Positions 9,328 through 19,915 of a DNA stretch of 64,000 nucleotides are shown here, piece by piece; the stretch's first letter is position 1, and each line of letters begins with the position of its first letter. This DNA comes from an uncultured Acidobacteriota bacterium (lineage in GTDB: Bacteria > Acidobacteriota > Vicinamibacteria > Vicinamibacterales > SCN-69-37), in the NCBI GenBank assembly GCA_963704575.1, contig OY969918.1, positions 3,479,122-3,543,121 of the forward strand, read 5' to 3'. Under the pieces are notes generated by a model, which did no database searches, was not told the DNA's origin, and saw only the letters and a program-made list of their open reading frames with translations. The position numbers and the translations under genes are program-made.

Positions 9328-12300
9328 ATGCCGAACGAGCCGCAATCGTCGGCCGCCGACGCACGGGCGTTCGGTGGTGCCTGCGGCATCGTCATTGCCG
9401 TCGACACCAGTGGCCGGCCATCCGCCGATCTCGTAGCGACGGGCCTCGAGGCCTTGCGGCGTCTGACGCACCGCGGTGCATCGGCGGGCCGCAGCGCGCT
9501 CATCGACAGCGCCAGCATATTGATCCAAATCCCCTGGCGGATCTTCGACGCCGAGTTGGGTGGGATCTCCCCGACAGCCGCAGCGTTGCGGGCCATGCTC
9601 ACGATCTTTACGACTGACGAGCACTGCCAGCCCGTACTTCGCTTAATCGCCCAGGCGGCGCTGGCGGAACGGTGGGAGGTCGGCCGCGTCCGCAACGTCC
9701 CGGTCAGCCTCGACGCGCTCGATCGCGCGATCAGGCCGTCGGCGCCGCTGACGCTACAGGTCGAGTTGTTCAATCAGGACACGCGGCTCGCCACATCCGC
9801 CAGGCGATTGTGGCAGCTTCGGCTGCGCGTGCGCGCGGAACTCGCACGGCGCGGCCTCGCGAGTTCGTCGATCATCTCGGCCTCGACGACAACTACCGTG
9901 TACAAGGCGCTCGCGACGCCAGACACCCTGCCGGACTATTACCGGGATCTCACCGACTCGCGGCTCGAATCCGCCGTGGTGCTCGGACATCAGCGGTTCG
10001 CGACGAATGTCCTCGCGCGCTGGGACCTGACGCAACCCTTCGGGTTGCTCGCGCACAACGGCGAGATCAACACCGTGACCGGGAATCGTCTGGCCATGCG
10101 CAACCGAATCAACGCCGACTCACGCGGTCGGCGCCGCCCGCTCTTTGCGGCCGAAGACGTCGTGACCGCCAACACGAGCGACTCGGCGAGCCTCGACGAC
10201 GCCGTCACGGCGCTGCTGGCGTCCGGTCTCGGCCTCGCCCACGCCATGGCCCGACTTGTACCGCCCGCGTGGGAACACGACACGGGCCTGCCGGTCGACG
10301 TGCGGGCGTTCCACGAATATCAGGCGCTGTGCGGCGAGCCGTGGGAGGGCCCCGCCGCGCTCGGATTCACCGACGGCCGCGTCACCGGCGCTCTCGTCGA
10401 TAAGAGTGGATTTCGGCCACTGCGCTGGCTCGAGACGCGCAGCGGACGTCTGCTCGCCGGCTCCGAGGCCGGGATTTACGACGTCCCGCGCGCGGACATC
10501 GTCAGGAAGGGCCGTGTCGGCGCCGGCGAGAAAATCATCGTTGACACAACTCGAAGCGAGGTTCACACGGGTGCGACGATCCACACCGAACTGGCAAGAG
10601 CGCGTCCGTACCTGTCGTGGAACATGCGGGCGCTAGCAACCGCCGTCAGTCACCTGCCGACGGACGTTCCTGACGTCGGCCCGGAACTGCCGCTCCAGGC
10701 GCGTCAGCGCCTGTTCGCCTGCGACATCGAAGAAGTCGATGTCATCCTGCGCCCCCTCGCTGAAAACGGTGCCGAAGCGGTAGGCTCGATGGGCGACGAT
10801 GCGCCGCTCGCCGCGATGTCAAGGCGGTCGCGTCTGCTTACCGACTACTTCCGCCAGCGATTCGCCCAGGTGACGAATCCTCCGCTCGATTCCGTTCGCG
10901 AGCGCCTCGTCATGTCGCTGCGAACCGTGATCGGACGCCGCCCACAGCGCCGCGAAGGCGCGCGCGCCTCGGTCGCGGTGTTCGACTCGCCAGTGCTTTC
11001 TTCCGACCAATTCGATCTATTGAAAAGATCCAATCGCGCGCTGGTCGTGCTCGGCATGACCTTCAACGCGACGGCAGCGGCGCCGGCTGTCGAATGCCGC
11101 CACGGCATCGAGCGGCTGGCGCGTTCCGCCGTCGAAGCCGTCAAGCAGGGCGCGGCGGTTGTCGCGCTGTCCGACCGCGGCGCGAACGACGAACGCGCGC
11201 CGCTACCGTCGTCGATGGTGGTGTCAGCGGTGTTCCATGCCCTCGTCGCGCACGGGCTCGCGGGCGCGGCGAGCATCGTCGTCGAGACGGGCGACGTGCG
11301 TGATGCCCATCAGTTGGCGGTCGTCTGCTCGCTCGGCGCCTCAGCGGTGTATCCGTACCTCGGGTACGAGACGGTCGAGCAGATCGCCGGTGCGGACGGT
11401 TGCGCGCGGTACCGGAAGGGGTTGGATGCGGCGCTGTTGAAGATCCTGGCTCGCATGGGCGTGGCCACGTTCGGCGCCTACTCGGGCGCGCAGCTGGTGG
11501 AGATCCTCGGGCTGCACGGCGAAGTCACCTCGCGCTATTTCCCCGAGGTACCCGCGGTTCCTGGCCCTGTCACGCTCGACGACCTCGTCACGACGATCCT
11601 CGAGCGTCACCGGGCCGCCGTCGCCGGCGTGGCACCGGCACCTGCGGGTCTGCACCGGTTCCGGCGGGACGGCGAGTTTCACGCGTTCAATCCGGATGTC
11701 GTCCGCGCGCTCCATCGCACGTCGGTCGGCAGCGTGGACGCGTACGATCAGTTTGCGACGATCGTGGATCAGCGAGCGGCAATGACGTTTCGCGATCTCG
11801 TGACGCTCAGGCCGGGAAGGCCGATCCCGATCGAGAAGGTTGAGGGCGTTGACGCGATCTGCCGGCGGTTCTTCGGATCGGCAATGTCGATCGGCGCACT
11901 TGGGCCCGAGGCGCACCGTGCGATCGCGCAGGCGTTGCATCTGGTTGGCGGCCGGAGCAACAGCGGCGAAGGCGGCGAGGATGCGGAGCGGGCGTGGCCG
12001 GCTCGCGGCGGCGCCTCCACGAACAGCCTGGTGAAACAAATCGCATCCGCTCGCTTTGGCGTGACGCCGGCGTACCTGCTTTCGGCCGACGAACTGCAGA
12101 TCAAAATGGCGCAGGGAGCCAAGCCGGGCGAAGGGGGTCAGCTGCCGGCGGCGAAGGTCGTCGAGCACATCGCGCGGCTGCGCCACGTTGCGCCGGGAAC
12201 GCCGCTGGTCTCGCCGCCGCCGCACCATGACATCTACAGCATCGAGGATCTCGCGGAACTGATTTTCGATCTGCAGACACTCCATCCCGCGGCGCGCATC

Positions 12301-13749
12301 GGCGTCAAGCTGGTTTCAGGCGCGGGCGTTGGCGTCATCGCCGCGGGTGTCGCCAAGACGGGTGCGCATGCCGTGCAGATCAGCGGCTACGACGGCGGCA
12401 CGGGCGCGGCGCCGCGAGCCGCCATCAAGCACACCGGATGGCCCTGGGAAGTGGGCCTGCTCGACGCCCACGTCGTCCTCACTACGAGCGGTCTGCGATC
12501 GGTGGTCGTCCTGCAGACGGATGGCGGCCTCAAGACCGGCCTCGACGTCGCGAAGGCGGCGGCGTTTGGCGCGGACGAATTCGGCTTCGGGACGTCGCTG
12601 CTCGTCGCGGCTGGCTGCGTGATGGCGCGCCAGTGTCACGCCAACACGTGCCCGGTGGGCATCGCAACGCAGCGGAAGGATCTGCGGGCGAAATTTCAGG
12701 CGACGCCTGATCAGGTCGCCAACTACCTGTGGCTCGTCGCGGGACACGTGCGGCAGGTTCTCGCCAGGCTGGGGTTGCGCACGCTCGGCGAGCTCGTCGG
12801 CCGCCTCGATCTCGTGGATGCGAGTGCCGCGGGGCTGCGACAGGGACTGAACGCGGCCCAGATTGTCGAGCGCGCGCGGCGGGCGATCGACTCTGGAGAC
12901 ATCGCGCGCCGGCCGGCGCCACGACCGCCGCCGGCGGTCGATCTCAATGCGCGTTTGCTCGATGCCGTCCGCCCGCGCCTCGGCCGTCTGCCGGTGCAGT
13001 GGAAGACGACCATCACGAATGCGGATCGCGCGGTTGGCGCCGGACTCGTCGGCGTCATCGCGTCGCGTTTCGGCGACCGCGGAAGCCCGCAGCCGATCTC
13101 GTTGCAGTTCGACGGGACCGCAGGCCAGAGCTTCGGCGCGTTCCTGCTGCCGGGGATGACGCTGGACCTTATGGGCGACGCGAACGACGGCGTCGGCAAG
13201 AGCATGCACGGCGGCCGGATCGTCGTGCGCGACAGCGACCCGCTCGCAAACCCTGACCGGCACGACGTCAAGATCGGCAACGGCGCTGTTTACGGCGCGA
13301 CAGGCGGCGAGCTGTTCGTGGCGGGCCTCGCCGGCGATCGCTTCGCCGTGCGTAACAGCGGCGCGGTGGCCGTGGTCGAGGGCGTCGGTGACCACGGATG
13401 TGAGTACATGACCGCGGGGTGTGTGGTCGTCCTCGGCCGCATTGGTCGCAACTTCGGCGCCGGCATGACCGGCGGCGTGGCGTACGTGCTGGGCGATCGC
13501 GAGGGTCTTTCGACCCGATGTCACTCCGACGTCGTGATTGACGACGTCGAGGAGGAGGATTGGCTGGAGCTGGCAGGAGTGATCGAGCGCCACGCGCTCG
13601 TGACGGGCAGTTTCGTGGCCGAACGCTGGCTCGCCGATTGGCGCGCCGGCGGCGCCGTGGCCGTGGCGCCTCGCACGTGGATGGTCCGACCCCTCGGCTC
13701 GCCGGCAGCCGACCGCACGTTGCTCAGGACAGCGCTCGTGCCTGCCTGA
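9328..13749 (+). CDS. gltB: glutamate synthase large subunit
   Basis: Full-length domain order: Ntn-type N-terminus (…ACGIVIAVD), central domain, FMN/Fe-S domain (GEGGE, QIKMAQGAKPGEGGQLP, SGYDGGTGAAP, CHANTCPVGIATQ) and the C-terminal GXGXG beta-helix. ATG at 9328 is preferred to the upstream extension. Confidence 0.9.
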   Translation: MPNEPQSSAADARAFGGACGIVIAVDTSGRPSADLVATGLEALRRLTHRGASAGRSALIDSASILIQIPWRIFDAELGGISPTAAALRAMLTIFTTDEHCQPVLRLIAQAALAERWEVGRVRNVPVSLDALDRAIRPSAPLTLQVELFNQDTRLATSARRLWQLRLRVRAELARRGLASSSIISASTTTTVYKALATPDTLPDYYRDLTDSRLESAVVLGHQRFATNVLARWDLTQPFGLLAHNGEINTVTGNRLAMRNRINADSRGRRRPLFAAEDVVTANTSDSASLDDAVTALLASGLGLAHAMARLVPPAWEHDTGLPVDVRAFHEYQALCGEPWEGPAALGFTDGRVTGALVDKSGFRPLRWLETRSGRLLAGSEAGIYDVPRADIVRKGRVGAGEKIIVDTTRSEVHTGATIHTELARARPYLSWNMRALATAVSHLPTDVPDVGPELPLQARQRLFACDIEEVDVILRPLAENGAEAVGSMGDDAPLAAMSRRSRLLTDYFRQRFAQVTNPPLDSVRERLVMSLRTVIGRRPQRREGARASVAVFDSPVLSSDQFDLLKRSNRALVVLGMTFNATAAAPAVECRHGIERLARSAVEAVKQGAAVVALSDRGANDERAPLPSSMVVSAVFHALVAHGLAGAASIVVETGDVRDAHQLAVVCSLGASAVYPYLGYETVEQIAGADGCARYRKGLDAALLKILARMGVATFGAYSGAQLVEILGLHGEVTSRYFPEVPAVPGPVTLDDLVTTILERHRAAVAGVAPAPAGLHRFRRDGEFHAFNPDVVRALHRTSVGSVDAYDQFATIVDQRAAMTFRDLVTLRPGRPIPIEKVEGVDAICRRFFGSAMSIGALGPEAHRAIAQALHLVGGRSNSGEGGEDAERAWPARGGASTNSLVKQIASARFGVTPAYLLSADELQIKMAQGAKPGEGGQLPAAKVVEHIARLRHVAPGTPLVSPPPHHDIYSIEDLAELIFDLQTLHPAARIGVKLVSGAGVGVIAAGVAKTGAHAVQISGYDGGTGAAPRAAIKHTGWPWEVGLLDAHVVLTTSGLRSVVVLQTDGGLKTGLDVAKAAAFGADEFGFGTSLLVAAGCVMARQCHANTCPVGIATQRKDLRAKFQATPDQVANYLWLVAGHVRQVLARLGLRTLGELVGRLDLVDASAAGLRQGLNAAQIVERARRAIDSGDIARRPAPRPPPAVDLNARLLDAVRPRLGRLPVQWKTTITNADRAVGAGLVGVIASRFGDRGSPQPISLQFDGTAGQSFGAFLLPGMTLDLMGDANDGVGKSMHGGRIVVRDSDPLANPDRHDVKIGNGAVYGATGGELFVAGLAGDRFAVRNSGAVAVVEGVGDHGCEYMTAGCVVVLGRIGRNFGAGMTGGVAYVLGDREGLSTRCHSDVVIDDVEEEDWLELAGVIERHALVTGSFVAERWLADWRAGGAVAVAPRTWMVRPLGSPAADRTLLRTALVPA

Positions 13750-14665
13750 CGGCGAGCGTGTCTTCCGGCGTCGCCGACAACGTCGGCCGAATCTGCTCGA
13801 AAAGTCGAATCACCTCCAGGACGGCGCGTGAGACCCTGGTCGATCGCGGATACACCCACCCCGTTTCCCGCTCGAGGGTCGCGCCGGCGACGCGCGCGCA
13901 GGCCAGCTGGCCCGTGCGCACCTCCTCTGCCACCGATTGATACGGAATGATCGTCAGGCCCATTCCGATGCCGACGAGCGCCTTGAGAATCTCGACGTTC
14001 TCGGTTTCGAGCACCACGCGTGGCTGAATGCCCGACCTGGCGAACAGGCGATCGGCGGTCCGGCGTGAATTCGACAGCGGCTCGAACAGGACGAACGGTT
14101 CGTGCGCCAGATCCTGCGGCCGAACGCGCGCCTTGCGCGCGAGCGGATGCGTCGGCGGCATCACGAGCATCAGCTCTTCGCGCATGGCCGGCACGATCAC
14201 AAACGACGGCTCGTCGATCGGCAGCGTCAGCAGCGCGATGTCGGCGAGGCCCGCCCGCATCTGCCGGACGAGCCGGGGCGTGGCGCCGGTGATGAGCTTG
14301 ACGTCCACCTGCGGGTGCGCCCGCCGGAATTCCTTCAGCAGCGTCGGCAGCACGTAAAGACAGACGGTCATGCCTCCGGCGATGCGCACCGTACCGCCAA
14401 GGCCTTGATGCTCTTCGCGGATGTGTCCGACGGTGTCCGTCAGGTCGTCGAGCAGGCGCTTACCCAGCTCGACGAGCGTCCGTCCCGCGCGGGTCGGCAC
14501 GGCGCCTCGGCCCTGCCGGATGAACACGGACTCGCCGAGCTCGTCCTCGAGGAGCAGTACCTGCCGGCTGATCGCCGACTGCGAGACGTGGAGTTTTTCG
14601 CCGGCACCTGTAAAGGATCCGGTCTCCGCAATCGCGCACAGGATTTCCAGTTGCCTCAGATCCAT
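13724..14665 (-). CDS. LysR family transcriptional regulator
   Basis: N-terminal wHTH MDLRQLEILCAIAETGSFTGAGEKLHVSQSAISRQVLLLEDELG plus a LysR substrate-binding domain. Its 3' end overlaps the gltB 3' end by 26 nt (convergent). Confidence 0.9.
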   Translation of the reverse strand: MDLRQLEILCAIAETGSFTGAGEKLHVSQSAISRQVLLLEDELGESVFIRQGRGAVPTRAGRTLVELGKRLLDDLTDTVGHIREEHQGLGGTVRIAGGMTVCLYVLPTLLKEFRRAHPQVDVKLITGATPRLVRQMRAGLADIALLTLPIDEPSFVIVPAMREELMLVMPPTHPLARKARVRPQDLAHEPFVLFEPLSNSRRTADRLFARSGIQPRVVLETENVEILKALVGIGMGLTIIPYQSVAEEVRTGQLACARVAGATLERETGWVYPRSTRVSRAVLEVIRLFEQIRPTLSATPEDTLAVRQARALS

Positions 14666-14738
14666 CGCCGCCCCACGCGAAATGTATCAAACCCTCGCGT
14701 CTTGAACGGCGGCGACCAGTCGTGGCGCACGGCGAGGA

Positions 14739-15110
14739 TTACCCGGCGAAGTTCAGCTCGACCTTGATGCCGTCGGGATCGAGCACGAAGATCTGGATTG
14801 TGCCGTCGCGAGGCACAACCTGTTCACGGAACGCGACGCCGGCGTGTCTGAGCGCGGCCCGCGTGGCCTCGAGGTCCACCCCGCGAAACGCGATGTGATC
14901 GACGTTGCCCGATCCGGGCGTCGACGCCTCGCCGGCAGGACGCTGCACGAGGTGCAGGATCGGCTGGTCACGCAGGTACAGCCAGTACCCGATCGACTGG
15001 AACGGGGGCCGGTCGCCCTCGCGCAGCCCGAGCACACGCACGTAGAAGTCGCGCGTTGCCTGTACGTCCGCGGATCGGGTGTTGATGTGCTGCAGTTGAT
15101 CGATCGGCAT
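14739..15110 (-). CDS. VOC (glyoxalase/bleomycin-resistance/dioxygenase) family protein
   Basis: Only the last 123 codons of the 574-aa listed ORF look real: MPIDQLQHINTRSADVQATRDFYVRVLGL...DHIAFRGVDL...DPDGIKVEL. ATG at 15108-15110. Confidence 0.8.
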   Translation of the reverse strand: MPIDQLQHINTRSADVQATRDFYVRVLGLREGDRPPFQSIGYWLYLRDQPILHLVQRPAGEASTPGSGNVDHIAFRGVDLEATRAALRHAGVAFREQVVPRDGTIQIFVLDPDGIKVELNFAG

Positions 15111-15115
15111 TGCCG

Positions 15116-16423
15116 CTACGCCTCCGTCCTGATCTCCAGGCGGTGGATGTCCCCCACCACGACGCTGTACGAGAATGCGCCCAGAAGCGCAACCACGCCG
15201 ATGTAGGCGAGCGGACCGACGAACGAACCCGTCATCTGGTACGTCACGCCAATCACGATCGGCGTGACGATGCCGGCGAGGTTCGCGCTGAAGTTGAAGA
15301 TGCCGCTCGCGAGTCCGATCGAGTGCTTCGGCGCGACGTCGGACACGACGGTCCATCCGAGGTTGGTCATGCCCTGGCCGAAAAAGGCAATCGACATCAC
15401 GAGGATCACGGCCGCGTTGTTGCCGGCCGGCACGTAGTTGGCAGCGATGATCGTCGAGGCGAGCAGCAGACCGCTGACGATCGGCAGCTTGCGCGCGAGA
15501 TTCGCCGAGCCCGTCCGCTTGAGCAGCAGATCGGACACGAGCCCACCGAGCAGGACGCCGGCCGACGCGCCGATGAATGGCAGCGCGGTCATGAACCCTG
15601 CCTGGATGAACGTCATGCCGCGGGCCGTGACCAGATACGTCGGAAACCAGGTCACGAAGAACACCTGCGTCGAATTCCCGCCGAACTGCCCGATCGATGC
15701 GCCGACGATCTGGCGGTGACGAAGCAGCTCGCGCAGGTGACTCCACTTGAACCGCAGCGGCGCGCCTCTGTATTCGCCGCCGCCGCCGGCATCGATGAGC
15801 GCGAGTTCCTCCCGGTTGGCGCGGGTGCTCTGCGACGGCTCGCGATAGAACCACCACCACGCAATTCCGAACGCGACGCCGAGGGCGCCGACGAGCAGAA
15901 ACAGTCCGCGCCAGCCGAACCGCTGGGTAATCCAGAACAGCGGGATGCTCAGGAACCCGAGACCGACGTACTGGCCGAACGAGTAGATGCCGTTCGCGCG
16001 GGCACGCTCGCTCTGAGGAAACCACGTCGCAAGAATGCGGCTGTTCGCGGGAAAGCACGGCGCTTCGAATACGCCAACGCCAATGCGCGTGAGCAACAGC
16101 AGATTCAACGACTGGACACCGGCCATCAGCGCGGTGAAAATCGACCACCCGCTGACCGCAAGGAAGTACGTCAGGCGTGTACCGACGCGATCGAGAAAGA
16201 TGCCGCCCGGAATCTGGAGGAGCGCATAGCTCCAGGAAAACGCCGAGAACACCAACCCCATCTGCGCGGACGAGAGGGCAAGGTCCTTCGTGATGTACGG
16301 CGCGGCGATCCCCAGCACCGTACGGTCCAGGTAGTTGATCATCGTCGCCGTCGCCACGAGCGTGAGCACGGGGAACCAGCGCACACTTGTGGCGCGAGCG
16401 ATAAAGAGATCCGGTGGCGTCAT
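15116..16423 (-). CDS. MFS transporter (anion:cation symporter/hexuronate-type)
   Basis: 12-TM pattern with INYLDRTVLGIAAP...LGLVFSAFSWSYALLQIPGG. Internal ATG at 16421-16423. Confidence 0.85.
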   Translation of the reverse strand: MTPPDLFIARATSVRWFPVLTLVATATMINYLDRTVLGIAAPYITKDLALSSAQMGLVFSAFSWSYALLQIPGGIFLDRVGTRLTYFLAVSGWSIFTALMAGVQSLNLLLLTRIGVGVFEAPCFPANSRILATWFPQSERARANGIYSFGQYVGLGFLSIPLFWITQRFGWRGLFLLVGALGVAFGIAWWWFYREPSQSTRANREELALIDAGGGGEYRGAPLRFKWSHLRELLRHRQIVGASIGQFGGNSTQVFFVTWFPTYLVTARGMTFIQAGFMTALPFIGASAGVLLGGLVSDLLLKRTGSANLARKLPIVSGLLLASTIIAANYVPAGNNAAVILVMSIAFFGQGMTNLGWTVVSDVAPKHSIGLASGIFNFSANLAGIVTPIVIGVTYQMTGSFVGPLAYIGVVALLGAFSYSVVVGDIHRLEIRTEA

Positions 16424-16576
16424 CGTGCGGACGCCGGATGTTAGCACTGGCGTTCGGCCACATTCCGGCGCCGCGGGTACTGTTACGGTTACACCGACGC
16501 GCGCCCGTATATCATCGACCTGTTTCCGATGCCCGCCGCCGGCGGCCGCTTCCCGCACCAGCCCGAGGACTCCCGC

Positions 16577-17800
16577 ATGCTCTCACCCACCACAATGCGC
16601 CGCCTCGACTACGGTCTCGGCGTCCCGCTCTGTTTTCTGGTGACAATCATCAGCAAGATCCTGGCGCTCTTCGCGCCCGCGCCGTCGGATGACGTCCCGC
16701 AAAACGTTCTTTTCGTCGAGCTTGCGGAAATGGGCAGCGCGGTGCTGGCGGTACCGGCACTTCTCGCGCTCACGACCCGCTATCCCGGAGCGCAGGCGCA
16801 TTTCGTCATTTTCAAGCACCTCGCCGACAGCGTGCGCATTCTCGGCGTCGTTCCGGATCGCAATGTCCTCACGCTCGACGTCAGCAGCCCGTGGGCTCTC
16901 TTCATAGACACGCTCCGGTTCGCGCGCGAGGCGAGACGACGCCGGATCGACACGACGGTCAATCTGGAGGCGTTCACCCGATTCAGCACGCTCCTCGGAT
17001 ATCTGAGCGGCGCGCGGCGCCGCGTCGGGTTTCATCGCTTTTCGCAGGAAGGGCTCTACACGGGCGACCTCGTCACGCACCGTGTCGCCTACAACACTCA
17101 CGTACACACCGCGCAGAGCTTCCTCACACTCGTCGACGCCATCGGCGAACCGGCGGACACGGTGCCGCTTGGCAAGACGCCGGTCCGCGCGCTCCCGTCA
17201 CTTTCCCGGCTCGAGACCGACGAATCCGCGCGTGCGCATATTCGATCGGTGCTGCAGGAGGCCGGCGGCGGGGCGCCACTGCCGCGACGACTGGTCCTCA
17301 TCAACCCGAACGCCAGCAAGCTCATTCCGCTTCGCCGCTGGCCGCTCGAGTCCTACACGGATCTCGTGGGACGACTCGTACAGAACTCGGACGTCGCCTG
17401 CGCGATCATCGGCCTCGCGTCCGAGCGCGATGACGCCCAGTTCATCGTGCGTCGCGTGAACAATCCGCGAGTGATCGACATGACGGGACGTACCACGTTG
17501 CGGGAGTTGATCGATCTTTGCAATGTGGCGGACGCGCTCGTGACCAATGACAGCGGACCCGCGCATTTCGCGGCGCTCTCGAGCGTTCCGGTCCTGGTCT
17601 TCTTTGGACCGGAAACGCCCGAGCTCTACGCGCCGCTCACCGATCGCTGCACCGTGCTGTATTCACACTATGGCTGCAGTCCGTGCGTGTCCGCGTTCAA
17701 CCAGCGCGTCAGTCCGTGCACCGACAACCAGTGCCTCAAGGTAATTCCTGTCGCCGACGTCCACGCGCGCGTCGTCAGCGTCATTGACGGCCGCGCGTAA
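16577..17800 (+). CDS. glycosyltransferase family 9 (heptosyltransferase-like)
   Basis: C-terminal GT9 signature LVTNDSGPAHFAALSSVPVLVFFGPETP. Confidence 0.8.
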   Translation: MLSPTTMRRLDYGLGVPLCFLVTIISKILALFAPAPSDDVPQNVLFVELAEMGSAVLAVPALLALTTRYPGAQAHFVIFKHLADSVRILGVVPDRNVLTLDVSSPWALFIDTLRFAREARRRRIDTTVNLEAFTRFSTLLGYLSGARRRVGFHRFSQEGLYTGDLVTHRVAYNTHVHTAQSFLTLVDAIGEPADTVPLGKTPVRALPSLSRLETDESARAHIRSVLQEAGGGAPLPRRLVLINPNASKLIPLRRWPLESYTDLVGRLVQNSDVACAIIGLASERDDAQFIVRRVNNPRVIDMTGRTTLRELIDLCNVADALVTNDSGPAHFAALSSVPVLVFFGPETPELYAPLTDRCTVLYSHYGCSPCVSAFNQRVSPCTDNQCLKVIPVADVHARVVSVIDGRA

Positions 17801-17804
17801 TGCG

Positions 17805-19817
17805 CTACTGAATGGAGATCGTCACCGTCCCTGGCGCACTCGTGACCGAGCCCCGCACGACCGTGTAGGTGAACGTGTCGGAGCCGGTGAACGATCGCTC
17901 CGGCGTGTAAACGAAACTGCCGTCCGGCTTGAGCTCGAGTTTGCCGTGCGCCGGCGCGGTGCCGACGGCGACCGTCGGTGCGGCGGTCGTGAGCGCCGTG
18001 GCGCCAGCCGAGACGCCGGCAAGGCCGGGTGCCGGCACGGTCAGCGCCTTGCCCTTGGCCACGAGATAGAAGTGCGGGTCGGCGCCCGCTGCGCCTCCAC
18101 GGCCCGCGCCACCGCCGCGGCCGGCGGGTACGGCAGGCATCGTGTCTTTGGCGAACCGCGGCATCATCGCGTCGCGGTTGGCGACGCCGTACACGACGGC
18201 CGCGCTCACGACGGCGTTCTTCATCACGTCATCCGGCACAATCCGCTCGTAGTTGTCGAGGTCCGTGTGCCAGGTGGTGCTGTTGTATTCAATGGGATCC
18301 TGCTGGGCGCCGATGCCCGGCAGACCGGCGACAGCGAACGCGCCGTTGTCGCTGCCGCCTTCGACCCGTGCGGTCGACGCGGACGCACCGTAGACGCCCC
18401 AGTCTTCGAATGGCTTGAGGAACTGCGCGAGCACGATCGCCGCCTCGGGCGGTCCGAAGATGTTGGCGCCACGCACGCGGCCCGTGCCATCGTCGATGTT
18501 CCAGTACGCGTCGAGCTTGGCGAACTCGGGCAGCGGCGCTTCCGCCGATCCGAAGTGCCGTTTCACGTAGTCGAACGATCCGAGCAGGCCTTCTTCCTCG
18601 CCGCTCCAGAGCGCCACGCGAATCGTGCGTCGCGGCTTGGCGCCCACGGTCTGGAGGATGCGCGCGGCTTCCATCATGATCGCGCAGCCGATGGCGTTGT
18701 CTGTCGCGCCGGTTGCGCTCGTCCACGAGTCGAGGTGGCCGCCGAGCATTACCACTTCGTCGGCCTTGTCCGTGCCGGGAATTTCGCCGACCGTCACGTA
18801 CGACGTTGCGCCCTCCGGAAAGTACTGGTTCGCGACGTTGAACTCGACCGACACCGGCGTGCCGTCCGCAATGAGGCGCGCAATGCGGCCGTAGTCGTCG
18901 TTGCGAAGAATGACGCCCGGGCTGATCTGCGAAGCCTGTTCGTACGTCTGGCCCGCGCCGTTCTGCGCGACGATCACACCGGGAATGCGGCCGGGGCCCT
19001 GCTGCGTCAGCCGCAGCGCCGGCGGATTGTCGCGAAGCAGCGTCGTGATGCGCTGGTTGACCTGCTGCGCGCTCAAGTGCCCTTCGGGTGTTGGCGCAGC
19101 GTTCGCGCCACCGCCGCGACCTCCTCCGGCCGGACCTCCGCGCCCCCCGCGTCCACCACGCGCCGGCGCGTTCGGATCAGGAGGCAGGTATCGCGCCTTT
19201 GCCTGCTCGTCGGGAATACGCTTTTGCGGTTCGTTGAAATTCACCGGCGGCGTCACGCCCGTGCCGACCATGACGATGCCGCCTTTGACCTTCGGCGCGA
19301 TCTTCGTGAGGAACGCGTCCATTTCGGCTTCGGTCGGATTCTCGGGCGCGAGGATCTGCAGCACTTCGCCACTGACGGTCCCGGCCGTTCCCGGCGTCCA
19401 GGGAATCGCCTCGAACTTGATGTTGGCCTTCACCGGTGACGTGATGTACCCGCTCGCGCGGCCGGGCAGCCAGCCGATGCCGCGCCAGGTGAACGGCTCG
19501 ACGTGCGCGTTCTTCATGCCCCAGCTCGTCATCGTCTTCACCGCCCAGTCGGCGGCGGCCTTGTGATTCGGCGAGCCGATCGGGCGCGGACCGTAGACGT
19601 CCGTCAAGTAGTGCTCAATCCACATGATCTTCGAGTGATCCATGCCCTCCGTGCGGATCTTCGCGTTCATGTCCGCGTCGATTTTCTCGGCGGGGAGCGT
19701 GAACGGCGCCCAGACGGTAACGGTTTGAGCCTGGGCGGGGGGACCTTGCTGCGGCGCGGCTGAGACGACGGCCACGAGACTCCCGGCGAGTACTGGGCCG
19801 ATCAATTTGCGAAACAT
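17805..19817 (-). CDS. secreted M28 family metallopeptidase with PA domain and C-terminal Ig/cadherin-like domain
   Basis: Signal peptide from the internal ATG (19815-19817). M28 motifs HLDSW...ATDNAIGCAIMMEAARIL...WSGEEEGLLGS. C-terminal …GKLELKPDGSFVYTPERSFTGSDTFTYTV repeat. Confidence 0.85.
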   Translation of the reverse strand: MFRKLIGPVLAGSLVAVVSAAPQQGPPAQAQTVTVWAPFTLPAEKIDADMNAKIRTEGMDHSKIMWIEHYLTDVYGPRPIGSPNHKAAADWAVKTMTSWGMKNAHVEPFTWRGIGWLPGRASGYITSPVKANIKFEAIPWTPGTAGTVSGEVLQILAPENPTEAEMDAFLTKIAPKVKGGIVMVGTGVTPPVNFNEPQKRIPDEQAKARYLPPDPNAPARGGRGGRGGPAGGGRGGGANAAPTPEGHLSAQQVNQRITTLLRDNPPALRLTQQGPGRIPGVIVAQNGAGQTYEQASQISPGVILRNDDYGRIARLIADGTPVSVEFNVANQYFPEGATSYVTVGEIPGTDKADEVVMLGGHLDSWTSATGATDNAIGCAIMMEAARILQTVGAKPRRTIRVALWSGEEEGLLGSFDYVKRHFGSAEAPLPEFAKLDAYWNIDDGTGRVRGANIFGPPEAAIVLAQFLKPFEDWGVYGASASTARVEGGSDNGAFAVAGLPGIGAQQDPIEYNSTTWHTDLDNYERIVPDDVMKNAVVSAAVVYGVANRDAMMPRFAKDTMPAVPAGRGGGAGRGGAAGADPHFYLVAKGKALTVPAPGLAGVSAGATALTTAAPTVAVGTAPAHGKLELKPDGSFVYTPERSFTGSDTFTYTVVRGSVTSAPGTVTISIQ

Positions 19818-19915
19818 GAGTGCGCTCCCACGCGACGGCGGCCCGGGACCGGGCCCAATCCGCGCGAGCGGCATGATAACTCGGAGCGGCCGGAGCCGCC
19901 GGCGGTGGAAGGATT

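Noticed and set aside
15111-16463. Upstream part of the 574-aa minus-strand ORF
   Set aside because: It is out of frame with, and fully overlapping, a clear 12-TM MFS transporter. Only the last 123 codons (the VOC protein, which has its own ATG) are credible.
17784-19439. 551-aa plus-strand ORF
   Set aside because: It is antisense to the M28 peptidase gene, with shadow-frame composition (Arg/Gly/Ala-rich) and no recognisable domain.
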